From contig JBDREN010000218.1 in the NCBI GenBank assembly GCA_043819795.1, positions 36,857-100,856 of the forward strand: a DNA stretch of 64,000 bases. The letters are read 5' to 3'. Under the pieces are notes generated by a model, which was given only the letters and a program-made list of their open reading frames with translations, had not been told where the DNA came from and searched no databases. Source of the stretch: Elusimicrobiota bacterium. GTDB taxonomy: Bacteria > Elusimicrobiota > Elusimicrobia > UBA1565. Shown one piece after another: positions 1-8,419 of the stretch (its first letter is position 1; every line of letters starts with the position of its first letter). Both the position numbers and the translations under genes were made by a program.

Positions 1-190
1 CCAACGGCACGCTTGCGATGGGGTTCCCAATGACTAAGAGGTGTAGGCGCCGCAGGGCAAGCCTGCGGCGTCGGCATGTCAGCATCCCTGACGGGAATCC
101 TTACCTTCCGCTCGTCGGGGAAAGCCGAGGCGCGTAACAAGTTTGTCGTCGCGCTCAAAAAAACGCATACAAGGGCGTAATAATTTACTC

Positions 191-218
191 TTGACAAGTC
201 AAGGTTTCCGGGTATACT
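191..218 (+). promoter_or_regulatory. sigma70-like promoter: -35 TTGACA (191-196), 16-nt spacer, -10 TATACT (213-218)
   Basis: Read directly from sequence. It is AT-rich in an otherwise GC-rich context and lies ~200 nt upstream of the first ORF of the motor cluster. Confidence 0.4.
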
Positions 219-294
219 AATATTGTAGGATTCCCGACGAGACTTTGGGCGCGTTCGAAGTGCGGGCTGAGCGTGCCGGTGATCGGTCCCGGAC

Positions 295-375
295 GGGCGA
301 TAAAGGCAAACCCGGTGCAAGCCGGGGGCGCAAAGCCATGAACCCCGCGTGAGCGGGGAAGTCAGGCTACCGAAC
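295..375 (+). promoter_or_regulatory. candidate c-di-GMP-I (GEMM) riboswitch in 5' leader
   Basis: Two hallmark conserved segments are present at correct spacing: AAAGGCAAACC (301-312) and GGCGCAAAGCC (326-336). Compare the GEMM-I consensus GGCAAACC ... ACGCAAAGCC. A hairpin CCGG-UGCAAG-CCGG lies between them. A GNRA hairpin CCCCGC-GUGA-GCGGGG (341-356) follows. The element sits between the promoter and the start codon. Confidence 0.4.
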
Positions 376-429
376 ATAATGGCCCAAGACGCTGTAGGGG
401 GGTTCGCCCCCGAGTCGAGGATGCGGCCC

Positions 430-2004
430 ATGGCAGCGCGCGTGCGCGCGGCGATGGGTCTTTTTGCGCTCTCGGCCCTGCTCGTCCCCGCTCCCGAGGT
501 CCTGGCCGGACAGTCCGGCGGCCAGCCGGGGGCGTTCCTGCAGTTCGGCGTCGGCGCCCGGGCCCTCGGGATGGGCGGCGCCTTCTACGCGATCGCGGAC
601 GACGCGACCGCGGCCTACTGGAACCCCGCCGGCCTCGCCTACCTGCAGCGCAAGGAGATCACCACGATGCAGGCGGCCCTCTTCGAGGACACGCAGTACA
701 CCTACATCGGCTACGCCCATCCGACCGCCACGAAGGGGACCTTCGCTTTGGGCGTCACCCAGCTCGCCTCGGACGGCTTCGAGAAAGTGGACGCCGTATT
801 CGACCCGAGCACCGGACAGCCCACGAGCATCACCCAGAGCGGGACGTTCTCCGACGAGAAGCGGGCCATCGCGCTGTCCTGGGGCCGCGAGGCGACGGAG
901 ACGATGTCCTTCGGGCTCTCGGCGAAGCAGGTCACCCGCAAGCTGGACTACTCCTCCGACAGCCACATGGCGCTCGACATCGCGGCGATGCGCGCCATGG
1001 GACCGTACTACCGGCTGGCGCTCGGCATCCAGAACGTATTCAGCAGGAGCTCGGGCGACACCGACGACACCTTCCCGGTGATCGTGAAGATAGGCAACGG
1101 CCTGAGGATGTTCAACGAGCGGCTGGCGCTCGGGTTCGACTTGCAGAAGGCCCAGGACGCCGACATCAACTGGCGCTTCGGCGGCGAGTACTGGGCGGCC
1201 CGCTGGTTCGCCTTCCGCTTCGGGATCCTGGCGGCCCCCCAGATCCAGGAGACGGACTTCGGGTTCGGCTTCCGCTTCCGCCGCGTGCAGTTCGACATCG
1301 CGCAGGGCATCCACGCCCTCGGCTCCAGCACGCGTTTCTCGGTGGCCTTCCGCTTCGGCCGCTCGCGCACGGACCGGTCGGCCGACAAGACCAAGCTGCT
1401 CATCCAGCAGGGCTTCGAGGCGTTCCGCGAGGGCGACTTCCAGCTCGCGACGCTGCGTCTCAACCAGGCCCTGGACGCGGCGCCGCACAACAAGCAGGTC
1501 AGGGCCATGCTGGCGCGCCTGCAGGCTGTGGTCGACTTGGTGCCGCAGGCGACCGGCGGCGAGGAGTTCCAGACCTACGTGCGCAAGGGCGTGATCGCCT
1601 ACGTCGACGGCCGTGACCTGAGGGGCTCGGTCAACGCGCTGCGCCACGCCCACAACAAGAACCCGAAGGACGACAAGCTGCTCTCGCTCTTGAACATCGT
1701 CGAGAAGGAGGGGGGCGTCGGCGAGCTCACGCGCCGCGGCGAGGGCCCGGAGATCTTCACGTTCATCGACCAGAAGCTCTACGACGCCCGCCAGGCTATC
1801 TACGACGGCAAGCTGGACCTCGCGATCCGCCGGTCGCAGGACGTGCTGGATCTCGAGCCCGTCAACGTCGTCGCTCTCGAGATCATGGGCTCGGCGTTCT
1901 ACCTGATGGAGGAGAAAGAGAAGGCGAAGGCGGTCTGGAAGCGGGTCCTGGAGGTCGATCCGGAGAACGCGGTCGTCGCTGAGTTCGTCAAGCAGATCCA
2001 GTAA
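430..2004 (+). CDS. secreted outer-membrane beta-barrel-like protein (PorV/FadL-like N-terminal motif) with C-terminal TPR repeats
   Basis: The ORF is 349..2004 in the track. The probable start is ATG 430 (GAGG 9 nt upstream) or ATG 421. A signal peptide MAARVRAAMGLFALSALLVPAPEVLA is present. The motif GARALGMGGAFYAIADDATAAYWNPAGLA is typical of PorV/FadL-like OM barrels. The C-terminal ~190 aa is TPR-like. Confidence 0.6.
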   Translation: MAARVRAAMGLFALSALLVPAPEVLAGQSGGQPGAFLQFGVGARALGMGGAFYAIADDATAAYWNPAGLAYLQRKEITTMQAALFEDTQYTYIGYAHPTATKGTFALGVTQLASDGFEKVDAVFDPSTGQPTSITQSGTFSDEKRAIALSWGREATETMSFGLSAKQVTRKLDYSSDSHMALDIAAMRAMGPYYRLALGIQNVFSRSSGDTDDTFPVIVKIGNGLRMFNERLALGFDLQKAQDADINWRFGGEYWAARWFAFRFGILAAPQIQETDFGFGFRFRRVQFDIAQGIHALGSSTRFSVAFRFGRSRTDRSADKTKLLIQQGFEAFREGDFQLATLRLNQALDAAPHNKQVRAMLARLQAVVDLVPQATGGEEFQTYVRKGVIAYVDGRDLRGSVNALRHAHNKNPKDDKLLSLLNIVEKEGGVGELTRRGEGPEIFTFIDQKLYDARQAIYDGKLDLAIRRSQDVLDLEPVNVVALEIMGSAFYLMEEKEKAKAVWKRVLEVDPENAVVAEFVKQIQ

Positions 2005-2029
2005 GCCTTCCGACGCCGAGCCCGAGGGC

Positions 2030-2062
2030 GGTCGTCCCGGGAGTCCCGTTTTTCGCCGTCAT
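2030..2062 (+). terminator. possible intrinsic terminator (short GC stem CGGGA-G-TCCCG followed by TTTTT)
   Basis: A T5 run at 2056-2060 follows a short GC-rich hairpin immediately after the stop of the first gene. The stem is weak. Confidence 0.25.
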
Positions 2063-2131
2063 TAAAAATGTAACAACAATATATACACTTATAGGTAAGG
2101 ATCCGGCCGGCGTCGCGTCCGGACCCACTCT

Positions 2132-4114
2132 ATGCGCTATAGGCTCGCGGCTTTCCTGCTGACGCTCTGGCTCCCGGTCCGGGGGGCCCAGGCGGCTATC
2201 GAGGTGCCGAGGATGTCCCTCGTCGAGCGCCGGGAGCAGATCGTCCGGGAGGTCCGGGAGCGCATCCAGACCGAGATCCTGGACCGGGTCCTTGGCGCGG
2301 GCAAGGCATCGGTCTGGGTCGACATCGAGCTCGAGATGCGGACCGGCCGCAAGGAGAACCTGCGCGGCGGGGCCGGCGTCGCGGGGAGGTTCAAGGGCAG
2401 CCCCGGTCCGGGGGGCGGCGCGGGCGGCGCCTTCAAGACGCAGTACATCCTCCCCGGGATACCGAAGCCCAAGAGCATCGTCGGCCAGGAGGATCCCCAG
2501 CGCCTCGGGGCGTCCCAGGAGCAGACGGCCCAGCAGGTCAAGACCGTGCAGGAGGAGGTCTACACCCAGGAGGAGGTGATCAAGAGGTTCAAGGTGACGG
2601 TGATTCACGACGCCTCCGTGGCGAAAACGAAGCTCGACGAGGTCCGCAGGCTGGTCATGGAGGCGATGGGCAAATACAAGGTCCAGAAGGACGACATCGT
2701 GTTCCGGCCCGCGGGCTTCGACACCGTGACGACGGATTGGCTGGACAAGGTCAAGGAGCCCAAGGTATATATCCCGCTTGTGTACGCGTTCCTGCTGTTG
2801 CTTCTGCTATCATTCCTGTTCGGGCCTGTGTCCCGCTTCCTCGGGCGCTACACGGAGGCCCTGGCCCAGAAGCCCGCCGCCGAGGTGAACGTCGAGTCCA
2901 ATATCGAGTCCCCGGAGGGGGAGGGCGGCGGCGGCGGCGTCGGCGGCGCCGGCGGCGCGTTGAGCGGCGGCGAGGATAGCAAGCTGGACCTCATGCTCGG
3001 GCGTCAGGCTCCCGAGGAGGACGATATGAAGCGGTTCGAGCCCTTTTCCTACATCAACGAGGAGAACCTCAAGCGCCTGGCCCAGATGTTCCTCTTGCGG
3101 CGGGAGGAGCCCTGGCTGATCGCGGTGGTCCTCAGCTACATCAGGCCCGAGTACGCGCGCCAGGTGCTGACCTTCCTCCCGGTGGAGCTGCAGGCCAAGG
3201 TGGCCGTGGAGTCCCTCACCGTGCGCCAGATGACCCGGGAGCAGGTCAAGGCCATCGATCAGGACATCAAGGACAACGTGGACTTCGTGGTCGGCGGCGT
3301 CGAGCGCCTCACCCGGATGCTGGAGGAGGCCGACACCCCGACCCGGATGAACATCCTGGAGTACCTGCAGAACGAGAAGCCGGTCGTCTACGAGTACGTG
3401 CGCAAGTCGGTCCTCCTCTTCGAGGACATCTCGAGCTTCCCGGACCGGGAGATGCAGCTGGTGGTCCGCGAGCTCAAGACCGAGACCATGGCCCGCGCTT
3501 TGCAGGGGGCGGCGCCCGAGGTGGTCAACAAGTTCTTCAACAATATGTCGGCCGGCGCGGGCTCGCTGCTCAAGGAGTCCATGCAGTACCAGAAAGAGCC
3601 GACGGCCGCTCAGATCGAGGAGGAGCGGGCCAATATCCTGGACCAGATCAAGACCATGGAGAAGGAGGGAAAGATCAGCGTCCGCGAGCGGGCCCAGGAG
3701 GGCGCCGGCTTCCAGGAGGAGCTGGCCAGCGACTCGGTGCGCGGCGCCCGCTTCAGCACGCTGGCCGGACTCGGCATCGGCAAGCCGGGCGGCCCCGGAA
3801 CGCCCGAGCGGGCCCCGCGCCCCGAGGCATCCGAGAGCCGCGCCCAGGCCGACCCGGCCGAGGCCCGGAGGTATTTCGACGCCGGGATGCGGTACCTTCA
3901 GGCCGGGAACATGGACGAGGCGGTGCGGTACCTCCGGCACGCCGTCGCGCTGGCCCCCGATTTCTGGGACGCCTACTCGTACCTCGGCCAAGGGCTCTAT
4001 CATTCGGGACGCCTGGCGGAGGCGGTGGAGTGCTACGAGAAGTATCTCGAGCACAAGCCCGACCCGGCCCTGAAGGCCTGGTTGGACGGTTTCAAGACGC
4101 AGACGAAGGCTTAG
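2132..4114 (+). CDS. FliF-like periplasmic segment / TM / FliG (middle + C-terminal torque domain) fusion protein with C-terminal TPR
   Basis: N-terminal signal/TM (LAAFLLTLWLPV). The periplasmic part has FliF-like motifs (SVWVDIELE; KRFKVTVIHDAS; KDDIVFRPAGF just before the TM helix VYIPLVYAFLLLLLLSFLF). A FliG_M-like segment follows (EPWLIAVVLSYIRPEYARQVLTFLPVELQAKVAVESL). A FliG_C torque-helix motif is present (LLFEDISSFPDREMQLVVREL...FFNNMSAGAGSLLKESM). The last ~120 aa are TPR. An AT-rich promoter-like stretch lies at 2080-2110. Confidence 0.7.
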   Translation: MRYRLAAFLLTLWLPVRGAQAAIEVPRMSLVERREQIVREVRERIQTEILDRVLGAGKASVWVDIELEMRTGRKENLRGGAGVAGRFKGSPGPGGGAGGAFKTQYILPGIPKPKSIVGQEDPQRLGASQEQTAQQVKTVQEEVYTQEEVIKRFKVTVIHDASVAKTKLDEVRRLVMEAMGKYKVQKDDIVFRPAGFDTVTTDWLDKVKEPKVYIPLVYAFLLLLLLSFLFGPVSRFLGRYTEALAQKPAAEVNVESNIESPEGEGGGGGVGGAGGALSGGEDSKLDLMLGRQAPEEDDMKRFEPFSYINEENLKRLAQMFLLRREEPWLIAVVLSYIRPEYARQVLTFLPVELQAKVAVESLTVRQMTREQVKAIDQDIKDNVDFVVGGVERLTRMLEEADTPTRMNILEYLQNEKPVVYEYVRKSVLLFEDISSFPDREMQLVVRELKTETMARALQGAAPEVVNKFFNNMSAGAGSLLKESMQYQKEPTAAQIEEERANILDQIKTMEKEGKISVRERAQEGAGFQEELASDSVRGARFSTLAGLGIGKPGGPGTPERAPRPEASESRAQADPAEARRYFDAGMRYLQAGNMDEAVRYLRHAVALAPDFWDAYSYLGQGLYHSGRLAEAVECYEKYLEHKPDPALKAWLDGFKTQTKA

Positions 4115-4130
4115 AATCGGGTGGAGCATC

Positions 4131-4241
4131 ATGGCAGACGAACCGGCTAAGAAAAACGACCCGTTCAACCCTCATGGGTTCCCTCCTCCTCCGCCTCCCG
4201 GCGGACACGGGACCGCCCCTTCTTCGGAAGAGGCCGGGTAG
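4131..4241 (+). other. 36-codon Pro-rich ORF ending in in-frame TAG. It is in the same frame as the downstream large coiled-coil ORF: a possible disrupted N-terminus, readthrough site or uORF.
   Basis: ATG 4131 ... TAG 4239-4241. Translation is MADEPAKKNDPFNPHGFPPPPPPGGHGTAPSSEEAG*. The next in-frame sense codons (GAPPLPGPGGPPPLPGG...) have the same Pro/Gly-rich composition. Confidence 0.4.
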
Positions 4242-4253
4242 GGCGCGCCGCCT

Positions 4254-6587
4254 TTGCCCGGCCCGGGCGGGCCGCCCCCGCTGCCGGGTGGCGAGGTCCC
4301 TTTGCCGCCCAGCTTCGCGCCCGGATTCGGGACGCCGACCTCTTTCGGCCCGCCGCCCGGCCGCCTGACGCCTCCCGAAGGGGGCGCTCCTTCCCGGCCG
4401 CCCTACGCCCAGGCCGGCCCGGGGCCGGGACCCGGCTACGGCTACGAAAGGCCGGACCCGGGGGCCGCCGCCCGGCCTCAGCCTCCCGCGGGGCCCACCG
4501 AGGCGGAGCGGCGTATCGCCCAGCTAGAGAGCAGGCTTCAGAAGGAGCACGAGAAGGTCCTCCTGGCGAACCTCAAGTCCCAGGAGGAGAAGACGATCGC
4601 CGCGCGCGTCGAGAACTCCATCAAGGAGGTCCAGGACAAGCTCAGGCAGCAGAGGCGCGAGGCGGAGCACGAGGAGAACCGTCTCAAGCTCGACGCGAAG
4701 GTCCAGGAGCTGGAGAACCGCCTCGTCCAGGAGCGGGAGACATGGGTCTCCACGATCAAGGGCCAGGTCCAGAACCGTGAGTCGCAGGACAGGGAGATCG
4801 AGTCCCACTTCACGATGCGCATCCAGGAGATGGAGCGCCGCTGGCTGGAGGAGAAGGCCCACTGGCAGCGCACCATCACCGGCAAGGACGAGGAGCTGCG
4901 CAAGGCCCGGGAGCTCATCGAGAAGCTCGAGTCGGTCGAGAAGGAGTCCCATAAGATCGCGCACGAGCGCAAGACCCTCGACGAGCGGGTCAACGAGCTC
5001 TCGAAGAACAACGCGGAGCTCGAGGCCAAGGTCCGCGGATCGGCGGATCGCGAACGGGACTACTTCCAGGTGAAGGCCGATCTCGACCGGGCGCGTGACC
5101 AGGTGCGGACGTACCAGGAGAAGCTCGAGCGCGACCTGGCGGCCATGCGCGCCTCGGCCCGGGAGCGCGAGGAGCGCCTGCTGGCCGACAACGAGAGGCT
5201 GCAGAACGAGCTGATGACGGTCGCGCAGCGGGTGCGCACCGAGTACGAGGCCGAGATCAAGCGGATCCGCGCGGGGCACGAGACCGAGTCCAACAAGGCC
5301 CGCTCCGAGCACGAGGCCGAGTCCAACAAGGCCCGCTCCGAGCACGAGGCCGCCTACAAGAAGGCGCGCGCGCAGGCGGACCTGGCGAGCGCCGCGCTGC
5401 AGCGGATGCGGGCGGTGGGCAGCGCCCTGGAGAGGCAGGTCGCCTCCCTGCGCATGCAGGCCGAGCAGGCCAAGAAGCTCAAGGACGAGGCGCAGCGCGT
5501 CAACGAGCGGTACAAGGCGGAGTTCCTCGTGCTGCAGCGCCGATGGCAGGACCGCGAAGGGGAGATCCGCGAGCAGGCCGAGCGCCATCACAAGAAGGAG
5601 CTCGACGCCGAGAGGACGAAGATCAAGCTCCGCGCCCAGGAGGAGATCCAAAGCCGCGTCCTCCGGCTGGAGCAGCAGCTCCGCAAGGAGACGGAGGCCG
5701 AGGTCGTCGAGCGCGTTCGGGCGGTCCGGGCCGAGATGGAGCGGGAGCTCGCGGAGCGCTCGCGCAAGATCCAGGCGGAGCTCGGGGAGGTGCGCCGCAA
5801 GCTCGAAGGCGAGCTGGAGCGCAAGAGCGCGGAGGCGGCGCAGCGGGAGACGCAGTCCAACGAGAAGCTCCTCAAGAAGGAGGCCGAGCTCATCAGCCTG
5901 CGCGCCTCGCTCGAGGAGGCCCGGGGGCGCCTTGCCAATGGCGAGGAGTCGAAGATCGAGGCGGCGCGCGAGCGCCTCGACGTCGAGAAGGCTCTGGCGG
6001 CCGAGCGCGAGAGGCTGCGCGTCCTGGACGCGGGGCTGGCCGAGCTCAAGCAGAAGCTCGCCGAGGAGGAAAAGCGCGTCCGCGCCCTGTCCGATGAGAA
6101 GGCGGAGTGGGGGCGCCTGCGGCAGAGCCACGAGGACCGGCAGGGGGAGCTTCGCCGCAACGTCGCCGCCTTGAGCAACGGCCTGGCCGAGGCCGAGCGG
6201 GAACGGGAGGAGCTTCAGGCGGAGGGCGTCGAGTCGCGGGACAAGGCCGCGAAGCTCGAGGCCGATCATGCCCGCCGGAAAGAGGTCTGGCGGCGCCAGC
6301 TGGAGCTCGTGCGCCAGGACGCCGACGCCCGCATCCGGGCCGTCGAGGCCGAGCGCAACGCGGCCATGCGCCGGCTCGACGAGGCCTCCTCGGAGAAGGG
6401 CGCGTCGCTGGCGGACCGCATCGCGGGAGTGTTCAAGAAGAAGCCCGCGCCGCCGGCGCCCCCGGCCCCCCCGGCCCCCCGACCCAGCTCCCCTAGCGGC
6501 CCGTGGCAAAAGTATTTCGGATGGCGAAATCGCTTGGGGCGAGCCGAGCCAAGGCGCGACGAGGGAGCATCCCTCGACGGGATGTGA
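4254..6587 (+). CDS. large Pro-rich N-terminus + ~650-aa coiled-coil protein (SMC/myosin-tail-like heptads), PAPPAPPAPP near C-terminus
   Basis: Long ORF with TTG start at 4254 and no ATG for ~170 codons. Strongly E/R/K/A/L-rich heptad composition. The antisense ORF 4524..6779 is an artefact. Confidence 0.6.
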   Translation: MPGPGGPPPLPGGEVPLPPSFAPGFGTPTSFGPPPGRLTPPEGGAPSRPPYAQAGPGPGPGYGYERPDPGAAARPQPPAGPTEAERRIAQLESRLQKEHEKVLLANLKSQEEKTIAARVENSIKEVQDKLRQQRREAEHEENRLKLDAKVQELENRLVQERETWVSTIKGQVQNRESQDREIESHFTMRIQEMERRWLEEKAHWQRTITGKDEELRKARELIEKLESVEKESHKIAHERKTLDERVNELSKNNAELEAKVRGSADRERDYFQVKADLDRARDQVRTYQEKLERDLAAMRASAREREERLLADNERLQNELMTVAQRVRTEYEAEIKRIRAGHETESNKARSEHEAESNKARSEHEAAYKKARAQADLASAALQRMRAVGSALERQVASLRMQAEQAKKLKDEAQRVNERYKAEFLVLQRRWQDREGEIREQAERHHKKELDAERTKIKLRAQEEIQSRVLRLEQQLRKETEAEVVERVRAVRAEMERELAERSRKIQAELGEVRRKLEGELERKSAEAAQRETQSNEKLLKKEAELISLRASLEEARGRLANGEESKIEAARERLDVEKALAAERERLRVLDAGLAELKQKLAEEEKRVRALSDEKAEWGRLRQSHEDRQGELRRNVAALSNGLAEAEREREELQAEGVESRDKAAKLEADHARRKEVWRRQLELVRQDADARIRAVEAERNAAMRRLDEASSEKGASLADRIAGVFKKKPAPPAPPAPPAPRPSSPSGPWQKYFGWRNRLGRAEPRRDEGASLDGM

Positions 6588-6669
6588 CCGAGGAGCAACG
6601 CGGGCGCAGGCCGCTTCCAAGCGATTGCAGGCCCCGGAAGACTTTTGCCACGGGCTGCCAGGACGACGC

Positions 6670-6897
6670 ATGATCGAGCTGACGCGGCTCAATGGGTCGA
6701 GGTTCACCATCAACGCCGAGCTCATCGAGACGCTCGAGGCGGCGCCGAAGAGCACCATTGTCCACCTGGCGACGAACAATCGCTACAACGTCCGCGAGCC
6801 TGTGGACGAGATCGTCGAAAAGGTGGTAGAGTACCGGAGACGGGTGAACGCCGGACGCAAGGCCGTCAACCCGATCCAAGGCTTCGAGAGAGCGTAA
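6670..6897 (+). CDS. flbD: flagellar protein FlbD
   Basis: 75-aa protein MIELTRLNGSRFTINAELIETLEAAPKSTIVHLATNNRYNVREPVDEIVEKVVEYRR matches the FlbD family. It sits directly upstream of motA, as in spirochete and Firmicute mot operons. Confidence 0.75.
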   Translation: MIELTRLNGSRFTINAELIETLEAAPKSTIVHLATNNRYNVREPVDEIVEKVVEYRRRVNAGRKAVNPIQGFERA

Positions 6898-6903
6898 AGC
6901 GCC

Positions 6904-7710
6904 ATGGACATCGCAACCGTGATGGGGATCCTCGTATTCATCGGCCTCGCGGTCGCCGCCATCCTCATGGCCGAGGGCTTCAAAGGGTTTGCCCCCTTCG
7001 CGAACCCGGAGGCCTTCCTGGTGGTCATGGGAGGGACGTTCTGCGCGACCTTGGTCCACTACCCGCTCAAGCAGGTGGTGGGGCTCGGCAAGATCCTGCG
7101 CAAGGTGATGCTCCAGCAGACGGAGGACACGACCCATATCGTCGGGACCTTCGTGGCCCTCTGCCAGAAGGCCAAGCGGGACGGGTTTTTGGCCCTGCAG
7201 GACGACGTCAACAGGATCGACGACGATTTTCTGAAGCGCGGCGTCCAGCTCGTCGTGGACGGGTCCGATCAGGAGTTCATCCGCAACATGCTCGAGACCG
7301 AGATCGGCTTCATCCGGGAGCGGCACAAGATCGGCCAGGAGATCTTCAACGCGATGGGGACCTATTCCCCGGCCTTCGGCATCATCGGCACCGTTCTGGC
7401 CATGGTGCTGATGCTGGCCAACGTGGACGACGTCGCGGCCGTCCCCCGGCGGATGGCGTTCGCGCTCGCGGCCGCCTTCTACGGGCTGGGCTCCGGCTAC
7501 CTGCTGTTCCTTCCCATGGGCGGGAAGCTGCGGCGGCGTTCCGAGGAGGAGCTGCTCGTCAAGGAGATCGTCATCCGGGGCGTGCTGCTCCTTCAGAGCG
7601 GGGCGGCGCCGAGCGTGGTCGAGGCGAACCTCAAGGCCTACCTCGAGCCCTCGCAGCGCGTGCTGGTCAAGGCCCCGGCGGAGGAGGCCAAGACGGCGGG
7701 GCCGGAGTAG
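6904..7710 (+). CDS. motA: flagellar stator protein MotA (MotA/TolQ/ExbB proton channel family)
   Basis: 268 aa. Four TM segments. Conserved C-terminal TM3/TM4 region (AFGIIGTVLAMVLMLANV ... ALAAAFYGLGSGYLLFLPM) and a cytoplasmic loop typical of MotA. Confidence 0.8.
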   Translation: MDIATVMGILVFIGLAVAAILMAEGFKGFAPFANPEAFLVVMGGTFCATLVHYPLKQVVGLGKILRKVMLQQTEDTTHIVGTFVALCQKAKRDGFLALQDDVNRIDDDFLKRGVQLVVDGSDQEFIRNMLETEIGFIRERHKIGQEIFNAMGTYSPAFGIIGTVLAMVLMLANVDDVAAVPRRMAFALAAAFYGLGSGYLLFLPMGGKLRRRSEEELLVKEIVIRGVLLLQSGAAPSVVEANLKAYLEPSQRVLVKAPAEEAKTAGPE

Positions 7711-7717
7711 AGCGAGG

Positions 7718-8419
7718 ATGCCGATCCGGCCGCCGAAGGGCTTCATCGAAGAGAGCGACCCCCGGGTCTGCCAGATCGGGCACCCGGCCCCCCCTTGGCT
7801 CATCAACTACGCCGACCTGATGACGGAGATGGTCTGCTTCTTCGTCATCCTCTACGCGCTCTCCGCGGCCCTCAGCAAGGACGTGCAGAACGCCCGCGAG
7901 CAGATACAGAAGATGATGGCCGAGGAGGAGCTGGTCGGCGAGGTGAAGGTGGACCGCGAAGGGATGAAGATCTCCCTCGAGGAGCAGGGGGAGATGGCGC
8001 ATTTCAAGAGCGGCTACGCGGAGCTGACCCCCGTCATGCGCAGCGCCCTCGGCAAGATCGCCCCGACGCTGCGGGACCTGGCGCGCAAGAACCACGAGAT
8101 CATCATCGAGGGCCATACCGACGACGTCCCGATGCACGACCAGTACTACGCGTCGAACTGGGAGCTTTCCACCGCGCGCGCGACGGCGGTCGTGGAGCAC
8201 ATGATCCGGGATAACGGCCTCCCCGCCGGCTGCATGGCGGCCATCGGCTACGGGAAGCACCGTCCGATCGCTCCCAACGACACGCTCGCCAACCGGGCGC
8301 GCAACCGCCGGGTGGTCTTTTTCGTGAAGAACCCGCCGATGAGCAAGGGCGAGAGCTGCAGGAATCTCTCCGCGCCGGCGGCCGGTCCGCCGCGGAAGAC
8401 GCCGGAAGAGGGGAAATGA
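7718..8419 (+). CDS. motB: flagellar stator protein MotB (OmpA-like peptidoglycan-binding domain)
   Basis: N-terminal TM helix INYADLMTEMVCFFVILYAL. OmpA-like C-terminal domain (IIIEGHTDDVP ... NWELSTARATAV ... NRARNRRVVFFV). Confidence 0.8.
   Translation: MPIRPPKGFIEESDPRVCQIGHPAPPWLINYADLMTEMVCFFVILYALSAALSKDVQNAREQIQKMMAEEELVGEVKVDREGMKISLEEQGEMAHFKSGYAELTPVMRSALGKIAPTLRDLARKNHEIIIEGHTDDVPMHDQYYASNWELSTARATAVVEHMIRDNGLPAGCMAAIGYGKHRPIAPNDTLANRARNRRVVFFVKNPPMSKGESCRNLSAPAAGPPRKTPEEGK

Noticed and set aside
367-1653. 428-aa antisense ORF opposite the first gene
   Set aside because: Typical high-GC antisense artefact: Arg/Ala/Gly-rich, no motifs. The sense strand has a clear signal peptide and family motif.
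4524-6779. 751-aa minus-strand ORF
   Set aside because: Antisense to the coiled-coil gene. Low-complexity L/G/A/R composition. The reverse strand of a heptad-repeat gene is always open in GC-rich DNA.
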